NCBI GenBank assembly: GCA_019309485.1
Contig: JAFDGC010000016.1
Location: forward strand, 8,294-72,293
Reading direction: 5' to 3'
Length of the DNA stretch: 64,000 bases
Origin: Deltaproteobacteria bacterium
GTDB lineage: Bacteria; Desulfobacterota; Desulfobacteria; Desulfobacterales; UBA2156
Both the position numbers and the translations under genes were made by a program. Below are positions 37,736 to 47,192 of this stretch, piece after piece (position 1 is the stretch's first letter; every line of letters begins with the position of its first letter). The notes beneath the pieces were generated by a model, which had not been told where the DNA came from, made no database searches, and was given only the letters and a program-made list of their open reading frames with translations.

Positions 37736-38914
37736 TTATTCGCACAGCTCGAAAAGGGCCGCCGCCCCCATCCCGCCGCCGATACACATGGTTTCGATGC
37801 CGTATTTCACGCCCCTGGCCTTCATGTTGGCCAGAAGCGTGGCGCACAGCTTGGCGCCCGTGCATCCCAAAGGATGCCCCAGCGCGATGGCCCCGCCGTT
37901 GACGTTGACCTTTTCCGGGTCGAGTTCCAGCTTCCGGATGCAGGCCAGGGCCTGGGCGGCAAAGGCCTCGTTGATTTCCACAAGGCCCACATCTTTTAAA
38001 TCAATGCCGGTCTGCCGGAGCAGCCTGGGGACCGCGTAGACGGGACCCATGCCCATCTCGTCCGGCTGGCACCCGGCCACGGCATACCCTTTCAACTTGG
38101 CGACGGGGGAAAGCCCGAGATCCTTCACCTTGTCTTCGCTCATGAGGAGCGTGGCGGCCGCGCCGTCGGTCATCTGGGAAGCGTTTCCCGCCGTCACCGT
38201 GCCGCCTTTCTTGAAGACGGGCTTGAGCTTTGCCAGGTCCTCCATGGTGGTTTCTGGCCGGATCCCGTCGTCGTGTTCGACGAGAACGGTTTCCTTCTTG
38301 TAGGTGCCGTTTTCCTGAAGGACATGCCGGGTTGCCGGCGTCGGAACGACCTCGGTGAATCGCCCGGTCTTCCGCGCTTCGGCGGCCTTCATGTGGGAGT
38401 GATAGGCGAAAGCGTCCTGGTCTTCCCGGCTCACATGGTACCGCTTCGCCACGTTTTCGGCGGTGAGTCCCATGGAGATGAAGACATCCGGATGCTCCCG
38501 GCTGAATTCGGGGTGCGGCCGGGGGATGCTTCCGAGCATGGGGACATAGGTCATGGATTCGAGGCCGGCGCCGATGGTGATATCGAGCCATCCGCACATG
38601 ACCCGCATGGCCGCCAGGGCGATGGCCTCGATGCCGGACGAACAAAACCGGTTGATGGTGGCGCCGGTCACCTCCACGGGAAACCCCGCCATCAGCGTAA
38701 CGACACGGCCGATGTTCAGACCCTGTTCCGCTTCCGGGAAGGCGCATCCGAGCATGATGTCTTCCACGTCCTTTTTCTCCAGGTTGGGAGTCCGGTCCAC
38801 CACTTCGTTTAAAATGAACGCGGCAAGTTCCTCGGGCCGGGTGTCCTTCAAGGCCCCTTTTGCCCGTTTGCACCCGGGGGTACGGATGGATGTAACAATA
38901 TAGGCGTCTCTCAT
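37736..38914 (-). CDS. fadA: Acetyl-CoA C-acyltransferase (thiolase)
   Basis: 392 aa with active-site contexts [24 protein letters not shown] and CIGGGMGAA. Confidence 0.95.
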   Translation of the reverse strand: MRDAYIVTSIRTPGCKRAKGALKDTRPEELAAFILNEVVDRTPNLEKKDVEDIMLGCAFPEAEQGLNIGRVVTLMAGFPVEVTGATINRFCSSGIEAIALAAMRVMCGWLDITIGAGLESMTYVPMLGSIPRPHPEFSREHPDVFISMGLTAENVAKRYHVSREDQDAFAYHSHMKAAEARKTGRFTEVVPTPATRHVLQENGTYKKETVLVEHDDGIRPETTMEDLAKLKPVFKKGGTVTAGNASQMTDGAAATLLMSEDKVKDLGLSPVAKLKGYAVAGCQPDEMGMGPVYAVPRLLRQTGIDLKDVGLVEINEAFAAQALACIRKLELDPEKVNVNGGAIALGHPLGCTGAKLCATLLANMKARGVKYGIETMCIGGGMGAAALFELCE

Positions 38915-38935
38915 GGTTTATCCTCCTTCAGATCC

Positions 38936-41338
38936 TCAATTCCGCAAGGGTTTCCCGGTTTTGAGCATGTGTTCCACCCGGGCGTGGGTTTTGGGCTCTT
39001 TCCAGAATTTGACAAAGGCCTCCCGCTCCAACGCAAGGATGACCTCGTCTGTCACCTCTGCTTTGTCCCGGACATCGCCGCCGCTGATGACCCGTGCGAT
39101 ATGTCCGGCAAGGAAGGAGTCGTATTCGGAGATGAATCCGCCCTGGGCCATATTGAACAACTCCGCGTTGGCCATTCCCTGGCCGGCCATCCCCATGACC
39201 TTCACGGGGCGTTTCACAGGCGGGGCGTATCCCTCGAAGGCCATTTCGGCCGCTTCTTTCTTGGCTTCTCCGATGAGGTAGTCCTTGTTGAAGACGATCC
39301 GGTCGGCCGGCCCGAGGAACCCGATGGACCGGGCGTCGGCAGCCGACGTGGAGACCTTGGCCGTGGCGATGGTGGTGAAGGCTGAAATGAAGAACCGCCC
39401 CAGCTCCACCTCTGTGACGGATTCCGGGATACCGGCGGTGAGCTTCCGCCACAGGTTGAGGCATCCGCCCCCGGCCGGAAGGAGTCCAACGCCGATTTCC
39501 ACCAGTCCCATGTAAAGATCCGCATGGGCCACAATGCGGTCGGCGGAAAGACAAAGCTCGCACCCGCCGCCCAGGGCCAGGCCGAAGGGGGCGGCCACCA
39601 CGGGGAAGGGCGCGTACTTGATCCGCTGGAGCACGTCCTGGAACTTTTTCACGTACTCTTCGATGACGGCAAAACGGCCCTGCATGGCCAATTGGGCCAT
39701 GAGGAAAAGGTCCGCCCCCGCTGAAAAGGCCCCGGGTGTCCCTCCGGCCTGGTTTCCGATCACCAGCCCTGCACCATGTTGATCCACGTGATCGAGACTG
39801 TAATGCATCATCTCGATGATTCCGTCGTTTATGGCGTTCATCTTGGTGTGGAATTCCAGGCAGAACACATCATCGCCCAGGTCCACGAGGGTGGCCGAAG
39901 GCCCGGTTTTCACGATCTTTCCGGCGGCCTTGAGGTTTTTCAAAGAGATGATGTTCGGGCTGACCTGGACCGGCTGGTAGCCCTTTGTGGAAAAGTCGTA
40001 ATACTCAAGGATGCCGTCCGTAAGCCGATAGAAGGATTCGGCGCCGCTTTCGATCATTTTGTCGATCTTTTCCGGGACCGGAAATCCTTCCCGGTGCATC
40101 CGTTCCACGGTCTCCTTCAAACCCACGGCATCCCATTGTTCAAAGGGGCCCATCTCGAAGTTAAAGCCCCATTTCATGGCGTTGTCGATTTCCACAACGG
40201 CGTCTGCGATTTCCGGGATCCGGTTGGCGGCGTAAATCCATCCGTTGGCGATCACCTTCCAGGCAAACCGGGCCCCGACGTCTTCGCCGAAAAGGATCGC
40301 CTTCATCTTTTCGGCAAGGCTTCCGGCTTTCTTGGCCTCGGCAAGGCAGGGGAAGGCCGGCTTGTCGAACTCGGTGTATTCAAAGGTTTCAGGGTCCAGG
40401 ACTTGGATGATTTTTTTTCCGTCGGTCGTCTTTTCGGTTTTGTAAAATCCGGCCTTGGTCTTGTTTCCAAAAAGTTTTTTCCGGATCATTTCCTGGACGA
40501 ATTCCGGGAGCACGTAGCTTTCCCGGTCTTCGTCGTCCTGGACCATTTCGTAGGTATTCTTGGCGATGTGCCCCAGGGTGTCGATGCCCACGAGGTCGCA
40601 GAGCCGGAAAAGGGCGGTCTTGGGCCTTCCCAGGGCCGGCCCGAAAAGGGCGTCCACTTCATGGATCTGCAGGCCTTCTTCCACCATGAGGTTCACGGCC
40701 TTGAGGAGTCCCTGCACCCCGATGCGGTTGCCCACGAAGTTGGGGGTGTCCTTGGCCCATACGATCCCTTTTCCGAGAATGCGTTCCCCGAAATCGGCCA
40801 CGAAACTCAGGATTTCAGGAAGGGTGGATTCCCCGGGGATGACTTCCAGAAGCTTCATGTACCGCACCGGGTTGAAAAAGTGCGTCCCCAGGAAGTGTGT
40901 CTTGAATTCCGGGCTCAAGCCCTCGGATATGGCTTTCAAGGGGATGCCGGAGGTATTGGTGGAAACGATGGCATCCGGACGTTTGACTTTTTCCACGCGC
41001 TGAAACAATTCCCGTTTGACGTTCAGGTTTTCCACCACCACTTCGATGATCCAGTCGCATTCAGAAAGTTTTTGAAAGTCGTCTTCCAGGTTTCCGATAC
41101 GGATCCGGTCTGCGTCTTTGGGGAACATGAAAAGGGGCGGTTTTGAAGAAAGAGCTGCCTTGAGGCCGGCTTGAACCACCCGATTCCTGGCCTGCGGGTC
41201 GTCTTTTTCCGGGTCTTTCAAGTCCGGCGGGACAATGTCCAAGAGCAACGTTTTGAAGCCGGCCCCGGCAAAGAGCGCCGCAATGCCGCCCCCCATGATT
41301 CCGGAACCGATGACTGCAACTTGCCTGATTCTTCTCAT
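38936..41338 (-). CDS. Bifunctional 3-hydroxyacyl-CoA dehydrogenase / enoyl-CoA hydratase (FadN-type domain order, about 800 aa)
   Basis: N-terminal NAD-binding VAVIGSGIMGGGIAALFAGAG, and a C-terminal crotonase fold (AAPFGLALGGGCELCLSAD). SD AAAGGAG lies upstream of ATG 41338. Confidence 0.9.
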   Translation of the reverse strand: MRRIRQVAVIGSGIMGGGIAALFAGAGFKTLLLDIVPPDLKDPEKDDPQARNRVVQAGLKAALSSKPPLFMFPKDADRIRIGNLEDDFQKLSECDWIIEVVVENLNVKRELFQRVEKVKRPDAIVSTNTSGIPLKAISEGLSPEFKTHFLGTHFFNPVRYMKLLEVIPGESTLPEILSFVADFGERILGKGIVWAKDTPNFVGNRIGVQGLLKAVNLMVEEGLQIHEVDALFGPALGRPKTALFRLCDLVGIDTLGHIAKNTYEMVQDDEDRESYVLPEFVQEMIRKKLFGNKTKAGFYKTEKTTDGKKIIQVLDPETFEYTEFDKPAFPCLAEAKKAGSLAEKMKAILFGEDVGARFAWKVIANGWIYAANRIPEIADAVVEIDNAMKWGFNFEMGPFEQWDAVGLKETVERMHREGFPVPEKIDKMIESGAESFYRLTDGILEYYDFSTKGYQPVQVSPNIISLKNLKAAGKIVKTGPSATLVDLGDDVFCLEFHTKMNAINDGIIEMMHYSLDHVDQHGAGLVIGNQAGGTPGAFSAGADLFLMAQLAMQGRFAVIEEYVKKFQDVLQRIKYAPFPVVAAPFGLALGGGCELCLSADRIVAHADLYMGLVEIGVGLLPAGGGCLNLWRKLTAGIPESVTEVELGRFFISAFTTIATAKVSTSAADARSIGFLGPADRIVFNKDYLIGEAKKEAAEMAFEGYAPPVKRPVKVMGMAGQGMANAELFNMAQGGFISEYDSFLAGHIARVISGGDVRDKAEVTDEVILALEREAFVKFWKEPKTHARVEHMLKTGKPLRN

Positions 41339-41385
41339 TTTGAAACTCCTTTAGGATACGGGTGAAACAGATCAGAGGCAAAAAG

Positions 41386-41403
41386 TGAATGAATACTCAT
41401 TCA
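41386..41403 (-). promoter_or_regulatory. Palindromic operator candidate TGAATGA-ATAC-TCATTCA upstream of the fad operon
   Basis: Perfect 7-bp inverted arms with a 4-nt spacer, 48-65 nt upstream of the start codon, overlapping the predicted -10/+1 region. Confidence 0.4.
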
Positions 41404-41430
41404 TTTATCAAGGGAGCCTTCCATTGTCAA
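41402..41430 (-). promoter_or_regulatory. Sigma70-like promoter candidate for the fad operon
   Basis: The minus strand reads TTGACA (41430-41425), a 17-nt spacer, then TAAATG (41407-41402) preceded by TGA (extended -10-like). Confidence 0.3.
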
Positions 41431-41438
41431 GGAAAAAT

Positions 41439-41452
41439 TTGTCTGCAGACAA
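41439..41452. promoter_or_regulatory. Perfect 14-bp palindrome TTGTCTGCAGACAA upstream of the fad promoter
   Basis: Seen directly. Function unknown; it may be a second regulator site. Confidence 0.25.
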
Positions 41453-41708
41453 TTTGTTCGTCGACCATCATGACAAGATCAAAAAACGGCTTTTGTGCGC
41501 GCTGTTCAGGCCGTTTCGGAAAAAGTAAGATAAAGGGTTGAGCGTTAAAAATCTCAAGCTGTTTGAGGTGCTTGTGCCGAGTTCTTGAGGTTTGGCAAAG
41601 CCCTTTGGGTCTCCTGAAAGAGGCTGGGGCGCGAAAAAATGGGCCTTTTTACGATTCCATCCGCCGTAAGACCGATGAGGATATGAGGCCTTGAAACGGC
41701 ACATAGAA

Positions 41709-41751
41709 CCGGACAGAAATAAATGAAGATACGTTCATTTGTTTGGTCCGG
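41709..41751 (-). terminator. Nested hairpin after the hybrid kinase gene
   Basis: Outer stem CCGGAC (41709-41714) / GTCCGG (41746-41751) and inner stem AAATGAA (41721-41727) / TTCATTT (41734-41740). It starts 17 nt after the stop codon. The U-tract is weak. Confidence 0.35.
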
Positions 41752-41767
41752 CCCTGATACAGGGTTT

Positions 41768-44296
41768 TCAGAATATCCATTTTCTCAGGATATCCAAAAC
41801 CGCCTCCCTCCGGATGGGCTTGGAAATGTAGTCGTTCATCCCGGCGCCCAGGCATCGTTCCCGATCCCCTTTCATGGCATGGGCGGTCATGGCGATGATG
41901 GGCACTGCATCGAAGCCGTTTTCCCGAATCCGGCGGGTGGCTTCCAGGCCGTCCATCCGGGGCATTTGGACATCCATGAAGATCAAATCGAACGCCTCCG
42001 GCGTCTGGGAATATATTTGAACGGCGTCTTCTCCATTGGGGGCCACCCGGACCTGGTATCCCGCCCGCTTGAGCATCATGGTGGCAAGCTTTTGATTCAC
42101 GGGATTGTCTTCCGCCAAAAGGATGCGGACGGAACGCTTCATCTCCTCACGCACCGTGTATTGGGTGACGATATCATCCCGTTCGGAAGGGGCGGCAGGG
42201 AACGCGTCCGCCTGGAGGATGCGCTCCAGCACCCGAAACAGCTTGTCCCGCTGGATCGGTTTACTCAAAAAACCGTTGAATCCGGCCTCGTGGCATCTCC
42301 TGGCATCCCGTTCCATCAAAGAGGAAAGGGCGAGGAGGGGAATTCCGGAAAAGGGGGCTTTGGATCGCCGGACCGCCCCCGCCACATCGTACCCGCTTAA
42401 CCCCGGCATCTGGATGTCGGAAATCAATACGTCAAAAGGGTTTCCGGAAGAATGGGCGGTTTTCAGGATGTCCAGCACCCGGTCCGGATCCGAAAGCGCC
42501 GCCGTTTCCATACCGGCGGCGGAGAGGAGGCGCGAGAGGAGATCCAGATTGGTGCGGTTGTCATCCACCATGAGGGCCTTTTTGCCGGCAAGGGAGACGG
42601 GGGCCGCTTTTTTGAACAATCGGGTTTCGGATTTCCCGAGCCAACCCGTGAAATGAAAAGTACTCCCCTTTTCCGGCGCGTTTTCCACCCAGACATCGCC
42701 GTCCATCAATCGGGCGATCTGGCGGCAGATGGAAAGCCCGAGGCCTGTTCCGCCGTACTTGCGCGTGGTGGACCCGTCGGCCTGGCGAAACGGTTCGAAG
42801 ATCTCGGAAAGCCTTTCAGGAGCGATGCCGATGCCGGTGTCCCGCACGATGGCGTGAAGCTTGACCCGGCTTTCGGTTTCTTCTTCGATTTCCAGGGAAA
42901 GCTCGATTTCCCCGGCATCGGTGAACTTGGCGGCATTTCCCATAAGATTCGTCATCACCTGGCGCAGGCGTCCCGGGTCTCCCAGGACCGAGGCCGGAAC
43001 GTTGTCTCCGATGCGACAAAGGATTTCCACGGGTTTGAATCCCACCCGGGGGCGGACCACTTCGCAGACATCATAGACCAAAAGTTCGGGATCGAACTCC
43101 ACGGTCTCCATATCCATTTCACCGGCTTCCACCTTTGAAAAATCCAGGATGTCGTTGATCAGGGACAACAGGGCTTCTCCGCTTTTATGGGCGGTTTTGG
43201 CGAAGTCGGCTTGCGTGGCATCGAGGTTCGTGTCCAGGAGCATCTCGGTGAATCCGATCACCGCATTGAGGGGCGTGCGGATCTCGTGGCTCATATTGGC
43301 CAGAAACTGAGATTTGGCCAGGGTGGCGGCTTCGGCTTCGTCCTTGGCGCGCTTCAGGGCATCTTCATATTCCTGCCGCGCCGTGATGTCTTCCACCATG
43401 CCGTCGAAATAAAGGATTTCGCCGTCGGTATCTTTGACGGCGTTGGCGGTGACGGAGCCCCGGAAGACGGTGCCGTCTTTCTTTTTCAACTGAATTTTTT
43501 CGGCGTGGAGAAACCCCTGGGAGATGAGTTTTTCGGAAACTTTCCGGCGTTGGGACGGATCATGGTAGAGGTCCGCCACGGGGGTTTTCATGAATTCCTC
43601 CACCGAATCAAAGCCGTGCATTTTGGCCAACGCCGGGTTGACCATGGTAAAATGCCCCTCGGAACCCTGAGAATTCCGGTAGATGCCGATGGGCAGGTTG
43701 TTGACCAGGGTGCGGTAATTCTTTTCGCTCTGGTGAAGGGCTTCGGTGGCCAGGCGACGCTTTTCCATCTCCTGGGAAAGCTCCTGGTTGGCCCGGGTCA
43801 GGTCGGCGGTGCGCTCCTCCACCCGTTTTTCCATTTCCCGGTAGCTTTTCTGGAGTTCGGCTTCGGCTTCTTCCCGGCGCTGCATCTCTTGTTGTAACTG
43901 CGTGTTGGCTTCCAGGAGCCGTGCCTGGTCGGCGGCGAGTTGATCCCGACCCTTTTGGATTTCCACGTAGCTTTCCCGGATCGATTCGATCAATTCGGAC
44001 TGGAGCCGGACCGCCAGGTAAGCGAAGACGGCGCCCAGAAGCAGAATCGCCGCCACGGAAATCTCCTCCATCCAGTTGGAGCGGCTCCATATGCTCATCA
44101 ACACCACCAGGTAGGCCAAAAAGAAAAAAACGATGAAGATCATCTGGAACCGCAGATGCCGCCGGATCAACGCCGCGTTCTTGACGGCGAAGCGGGCCAG
44201 TACGGGGAGTGCGGATCTGAAATGGTAAAGGTTGATCAGCATCATGATCGCCCCCATGACGATGAGAACGCTGGCCAGGAATGCGGCGGTGTCCAT
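41768..44296 (-). CDS. Hybrid sensor histidine kinase (TM region, coiled coil, PAS, HisKA, HATPase_c, two REC domains)
   Basis: H-box [16 protein letters not shown]-boxes [13 protein letters not shown], and receivers (ALMVDDN...[11 protein letters not shown]; ILLAEDN...[11 protein letters not shown]...KP). The start is taken as ATG 44296 ([10 protein letters not shown]...) behind SD AAGGAGA rather than the track start at 44386. Confidence 0.9.
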   Translation of the reverse strand: MDTAAFLASVLIVMGAIMMLINLYHFRSALPVLARFAVKNAALIRRHLRFQMIFIVFFFLAYLVVLMSIWSRSNWMEEISVAAILLLGAVFAYLAVRLQSELIESIRESYVEIQKGRDQLAADQARLLEANTQLQQEMQRREEAEAELQKSYREMEKRVEERTADLTRANQELSQEMEKRRLATEALHQSEKNYRTLVNNLPIGIYRNSQGSEGHFTMVNPALAKMHGFDSVEEFMKTPVADLYHDPSQRRKVSEKLISQGFLHAEKIQLKKKDGTVFRGSVTANAVKDTDGEILYFDGMVEDITARQEYEDALKRAKDEAEAATLAKSQFLANMSHEIRTPLNAVIGFTEMLLDTNLDATQADFAKTAHKSGEALLSLINDILDFSKVEAGEMDMETVEFDPELLVYDVCEVVRPRVGFKPVEILCRIGDNVPASVLGDPGRLRQVMTNLMGNAAKFTDAGEIELSLEIEEETESRVKLHAIVRDTGIGIAPERLSEIFEPFRQADGSTTRKYGGTGLGLSICRQIARLMDGDVWVENAPEKGSTFHFTGWLGKSETRLFKKAAPVSLAGKKALMVDDNRTNLDLLSRLLSAAGMETAALSDPDRVLDILKTAHSSGNPFDVLISDIQMPGLSGYDVAGAVRRSKAPFSGIPLLALSSLMERDARRCHEAGFNGFLSKPIQRDKLFRVLERILQADAFPAAPSERDDIVTQYTVREEMKRSVRILLAEDNPVNQKLATMMLKRAGYQVRVAPNGEDAVQIYSQTPEAFDLIFMDVQMPRMDGLEATRRIRENGFDAVPIIAMTAHAMKGDRERCLGAGMNDYISKPIRREAVLDILRKWIF

Positions 44297-44477
44297 GCAT
44301 TTTCTCCTTAATGCGGGAGTCGGGCGATCGGAAAAGGGAGGAAGGCCCCGCTGTCCCCTGATAGCACAGGCGGAAAAGGAGCACAAGCCGCCAGGCGCGC
44401 TTTACAAGGGGTCCGGGATGTGAAATAGTATATATCTTCAGTCCCATGAAACGATCCACGATGGAACCCGTATTTGT

Positions 44478-44831
44478 ATGGCCCATGTAAATGATATCGT
44501 ATTGATCTATCTGGAGGAAAAACCCGTCACCTTTGCCCGGATCGAGCGGATCGACCCGGATGTCAAGCCCGGATGGTTTCGGGTCAAACTTTTTTTGTTG
44601 CAGCTTCCGCTTCAAAGCGCCACCTGGATCCTTCGCGAAGCGTATATCAACGGCGCGGAATTCACCATGTCCGGAAAAAAGATGCGGATGGAGCAGGTGG
44701 TCTGCCCGGATGATGAAGCCGTATCCCCTGACGGGCAGACCGATGGGCAACCGGCACCCGATCCGAACACGCCCTCCAAGAGCACCGACGCCAAGGTCAT
44801 CGACATGAAATCCCTTTTAAAAAAGCGATGA
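44478..44831 (+). CDS. Hypothetical protein (117 aa)
   Basis: ORF whose stop overlaps the start of the next gene (ATGA at 44828-44831). No family recognised. The C-terminal third is P/D/T-rich and low in complexity. Confidence 0.5.
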   Translation: MAHVNDIVLIYLEEKPVTFARIERIDPDVKPGWFRVKLFLLQLPLQSATWILREAYINGAEFTMSGKKMRMEQVVCPDDEAVSPDGQTDGQPAPDPNTPSKSTDAKVIDMKSLLKKR

Positions 44832-45712
44832 CCCAACCCCATGAAAAAAAAGTCCTCTCCGCCTCCCGAAGAACGGATATCCCTGCGTTTTACATGGAGT
44901 GGTTCATGGGGGGCATTCGAAAGAAAGCCTTTACCTCCGTTAATCCTTATACGGGTAAAAGATCCGTCCTTTCGGTAACCCCCGAGACGGTCCACACCAT
45001 TGTTTTCTGGTCGAAAAATTTCGGTCCTTTTCTGGAAGGCCGTTATGGGGAGCAGTTGTCAGAGCAGGGATTTCATCTTTTTTTCAATTTTACCATCAAC
45101 GCGAACCCCCCGCTCCTGGAACCGGGCGTACCGCCCCTGAAGGCGCGGCTCGCACAGTTGGAGGCGCTGTGTGAACGGTTCGGACCCGAATGCATCACCT
45201 GGAGGTTCGACCCCATATGCTGGTACACCACGGGAGGCGGGGATTTAAGGGACAACGCGGCCGGCTTTGAACCCATCGCCCGTCATGCCGAAAACGCCGG
45301 CATTCAACGGTGTGTCGTCAGTTTTATGGATTTTTATCCCAAGATCGGAAAAAGAATCGAAAAAAAAGGATTGAGCGCAACCGGATTCGCCTTTGTGGAT
45401 CCGCCCCTTTTGGAGAAGATACACGTTCTTTCCCGGATGGAAAAGGCCCTCCAAGAATCCCCGATACGGCTGATGACCTGCTGCGAAAAAGCGGTTCTGG
45501 AGGCCTTGCCGGCGGAATCCCGGATTCAGGCGGCCTCCTGCATCCCCAATGATTTGCTGATGAATCTCTTCGGCGGGCGCCTTTCCTTGAAAAGGGACAC
45601 CGGCCAACGCATCAAGGACGGCTGCGGCTGCCGGGTCTCCGTGGATGTGGGATCCTATCGCCTGCATCCGTGTTTTCACGGGTGCCTGTTTTGCTACGCC
45701 AATCCGGCCTGA
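44828..45712 (+). CDS. DUF1848-family protein
   Basis: N-terminal LSASRRTDIPAFYMEWFMGGI and C-terminal Cys pattern DGCGCRVSVDVGSY...CFHGCLFCYAN, as I remember for DUF1848. Confidence 0.75.
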   Translation: MTQPHEKKVLSASRRTDIPAFYMEWFMGGIRKKAFTSVNPYTGKRSVLSVTPETVHTIVFWSKNFGPFLEGRYGEQLSEQGFHLFFNFTINANPPLLEPGVPPLKARLAQLEALCERFGPECITWRFDPICWYTTGGGDLRDNAAGFEPIARHAENAGIQRCVVSFMDFYPKIGKRIEKKGLSATGFAFVDPPLLEKIHVLSRMEKALQESPIRLMTCCEKAVLEALPAESRIQAASCIPNDLLMNLFGGRLSLKRDTGQRIKDGCGCRVSVDVGSYRLHPCFHGCLFCYANPA

Positions 45713-45743
45713 ACGCCGCGAAACCGCCCCGTCGATTCGAAGC

Positions 45744-47192
45744 CTATACCGCGAATTCCACGTCCCTTCCCGCCACCGGATCATGATAGGTGATGCGGGT
45801 TCGGTAATCCTTGAGGTCGATGTGGGCAAGTGTTTTGTATTTGCCCTTTTCCCAGGAGGTCAGGATTTGGTGATCCGGGGACTTATGGATCTTGAATTTG
45901 CCGTTGAAGGCGGGGTAGTGATTTCTAAATTCCATGAGCCGTAAGAGGCGCTGGACCGGCGCCTTCCGGACTTCCGCCTGTATATCTTCCAGAGTGTAAT
46001 TGTGCCGGTTGATGTTGCGGCCCTGCTGGGTGCTTTCCACCAGCGCGATGTCGTTTTCCCCGGCCAACAGCCCCACGTAGTACACCTGGGGGATACCGGG
46101 GGCAAAAAACTGGAGCGTCCGTGCGGTAAGATAGGAGTCGTCGTTTTGTTCCAGGGCAGAATAATAGGTGCAGTTGACCTGGTAGATGTCCAGGTTTTGA
46201 TATTCAGGACCGGAATAGATTTTTTTGACGTTGGACCCTTTCAGATACAAGCCGTCCAGCGTGCGTTCGATCTCTTCGGAATTCAAGAGGCCTTCCACGT
46301 CCACCACGCCGATCCCGTCATGGGTGTCAAGGGTGTTGATCTGCCGCCGGGGGCAGATCCGCAGCCAGTTTTTAACCCTTTTGCCGGTGTGATGGTACAG
46401 GGCGTCCAGGACCAGCATGGGCAGGGCGAAATCGTAAGCCCAGTAGCCTTTTTTCGCCAGTTTCAGCTGATAGGAATAATGTTCGTGGACTTCCGGAAGG
46501 ATCTGGGCGTCAAAGGCCGAGGCAAAGTCGTCGAACCACTCCAGCAGCTCCCAGACCCGGGGTTCCAGGAAGAAGCAGTTGGTCCCGATTTCAAGGGTGG
46601 TGTAGGCGAAGGCGTCCAAACGGATCATTTTGGGCCGGGTGCGGGCCAGCCGGATCAAAAACTGTCGCATGATTTCCAGGGTCTTGGGGGAGTTGTAATC
46701 CAGGTCGATCTGCTCGTAATCGAAGGTGCACCAGATCTTTTCCAGGGATCCGTCCGGCCGCTCGAGGACCATGTACGGGGGCCGGGGCTTGCGGGTGTAC
46801 ACCTTGGCCAGGTCCTCGTCGCTGATGAAACCGTCCGGGCTGAGCTTGTTGAAACTCAGGAACATGTCGGCATATTCGCTTGCGGACCCTTTCTGTACGT
46901 AATCCTGGAAAAAAACCGACTGCCGGGAAATATGGTTGACGACAAAATCGATCATCAGATCGAAATCCTGTCCAATCTTCTCCACGTCATCCCAGGTGCC
47001 GAAGCGCGGATCCACTTCATCGTAAGTCAGCGGCGCAAATCCCCGGTCCGCCGAAGACGGGTAAAAGGGGAGGATGTGGACCCCGCCGACGGCCTTTTTG
47101 AAGTACTTCCGGAGTACATAGTGCAATTCGGCCAGGTTTTTCCCCAGACTGTCGGGGTAGGTGATCAGTTGAACTTTATTTTGAAGCGCCAT
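45744..47192 (-). CDS. GH13 sucrose phosphorylase-like glucosyl phosphorylase
   Basis: VQLITYPDSLG...GGVHILPFYPSSADRGFAPLTYDEVDPRFGTWDDV, VVNHIS, and MIRLDAFAYT (nucleophile region). Confidence 0.85.
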   Translation of the reverse strand: MALQNKVQLITYPDSLGKNLAELHYVLRKYFKKAVGGVHILPFYPSSADRGFAPLTYDEVDPRFGTWDDVEKIGQDFDLMIDFVVNHISRQSVFFQDYVQKGSASEYADMFLSFNKLSPDGFISDEDLAKVYTRKPRPPYMVLERPDGSLEKIWCTFDYEQIDLDYNSPKTLEIMRQFLIRLARTRPKMIRLDAFAYTTLEIGTNCFFLEPRVWELLEWFDDFASAFDAQILPEVHEHYSYQLKLAKKGYWAYDFALPMLVLDALYHHTGKRVKNWLRICPRRQINTLDTHDGIGVVDVEGLLNSEEIERTLDGLYLKGSNVKKIYSGPEYQNLDIYQVNCTYYSALEQNDDSYLTARTLQFFAPGIPQVYYVGLLAGENDIALVESTQQGRNINRHNYTLEDIQAEVRKAPVQRLLRLMEFRNHYPAFNGKFKIHKSPDHQILTSWEKGKYKTLAHIDLKDYRTRITYHDPVAGRDVEFAV

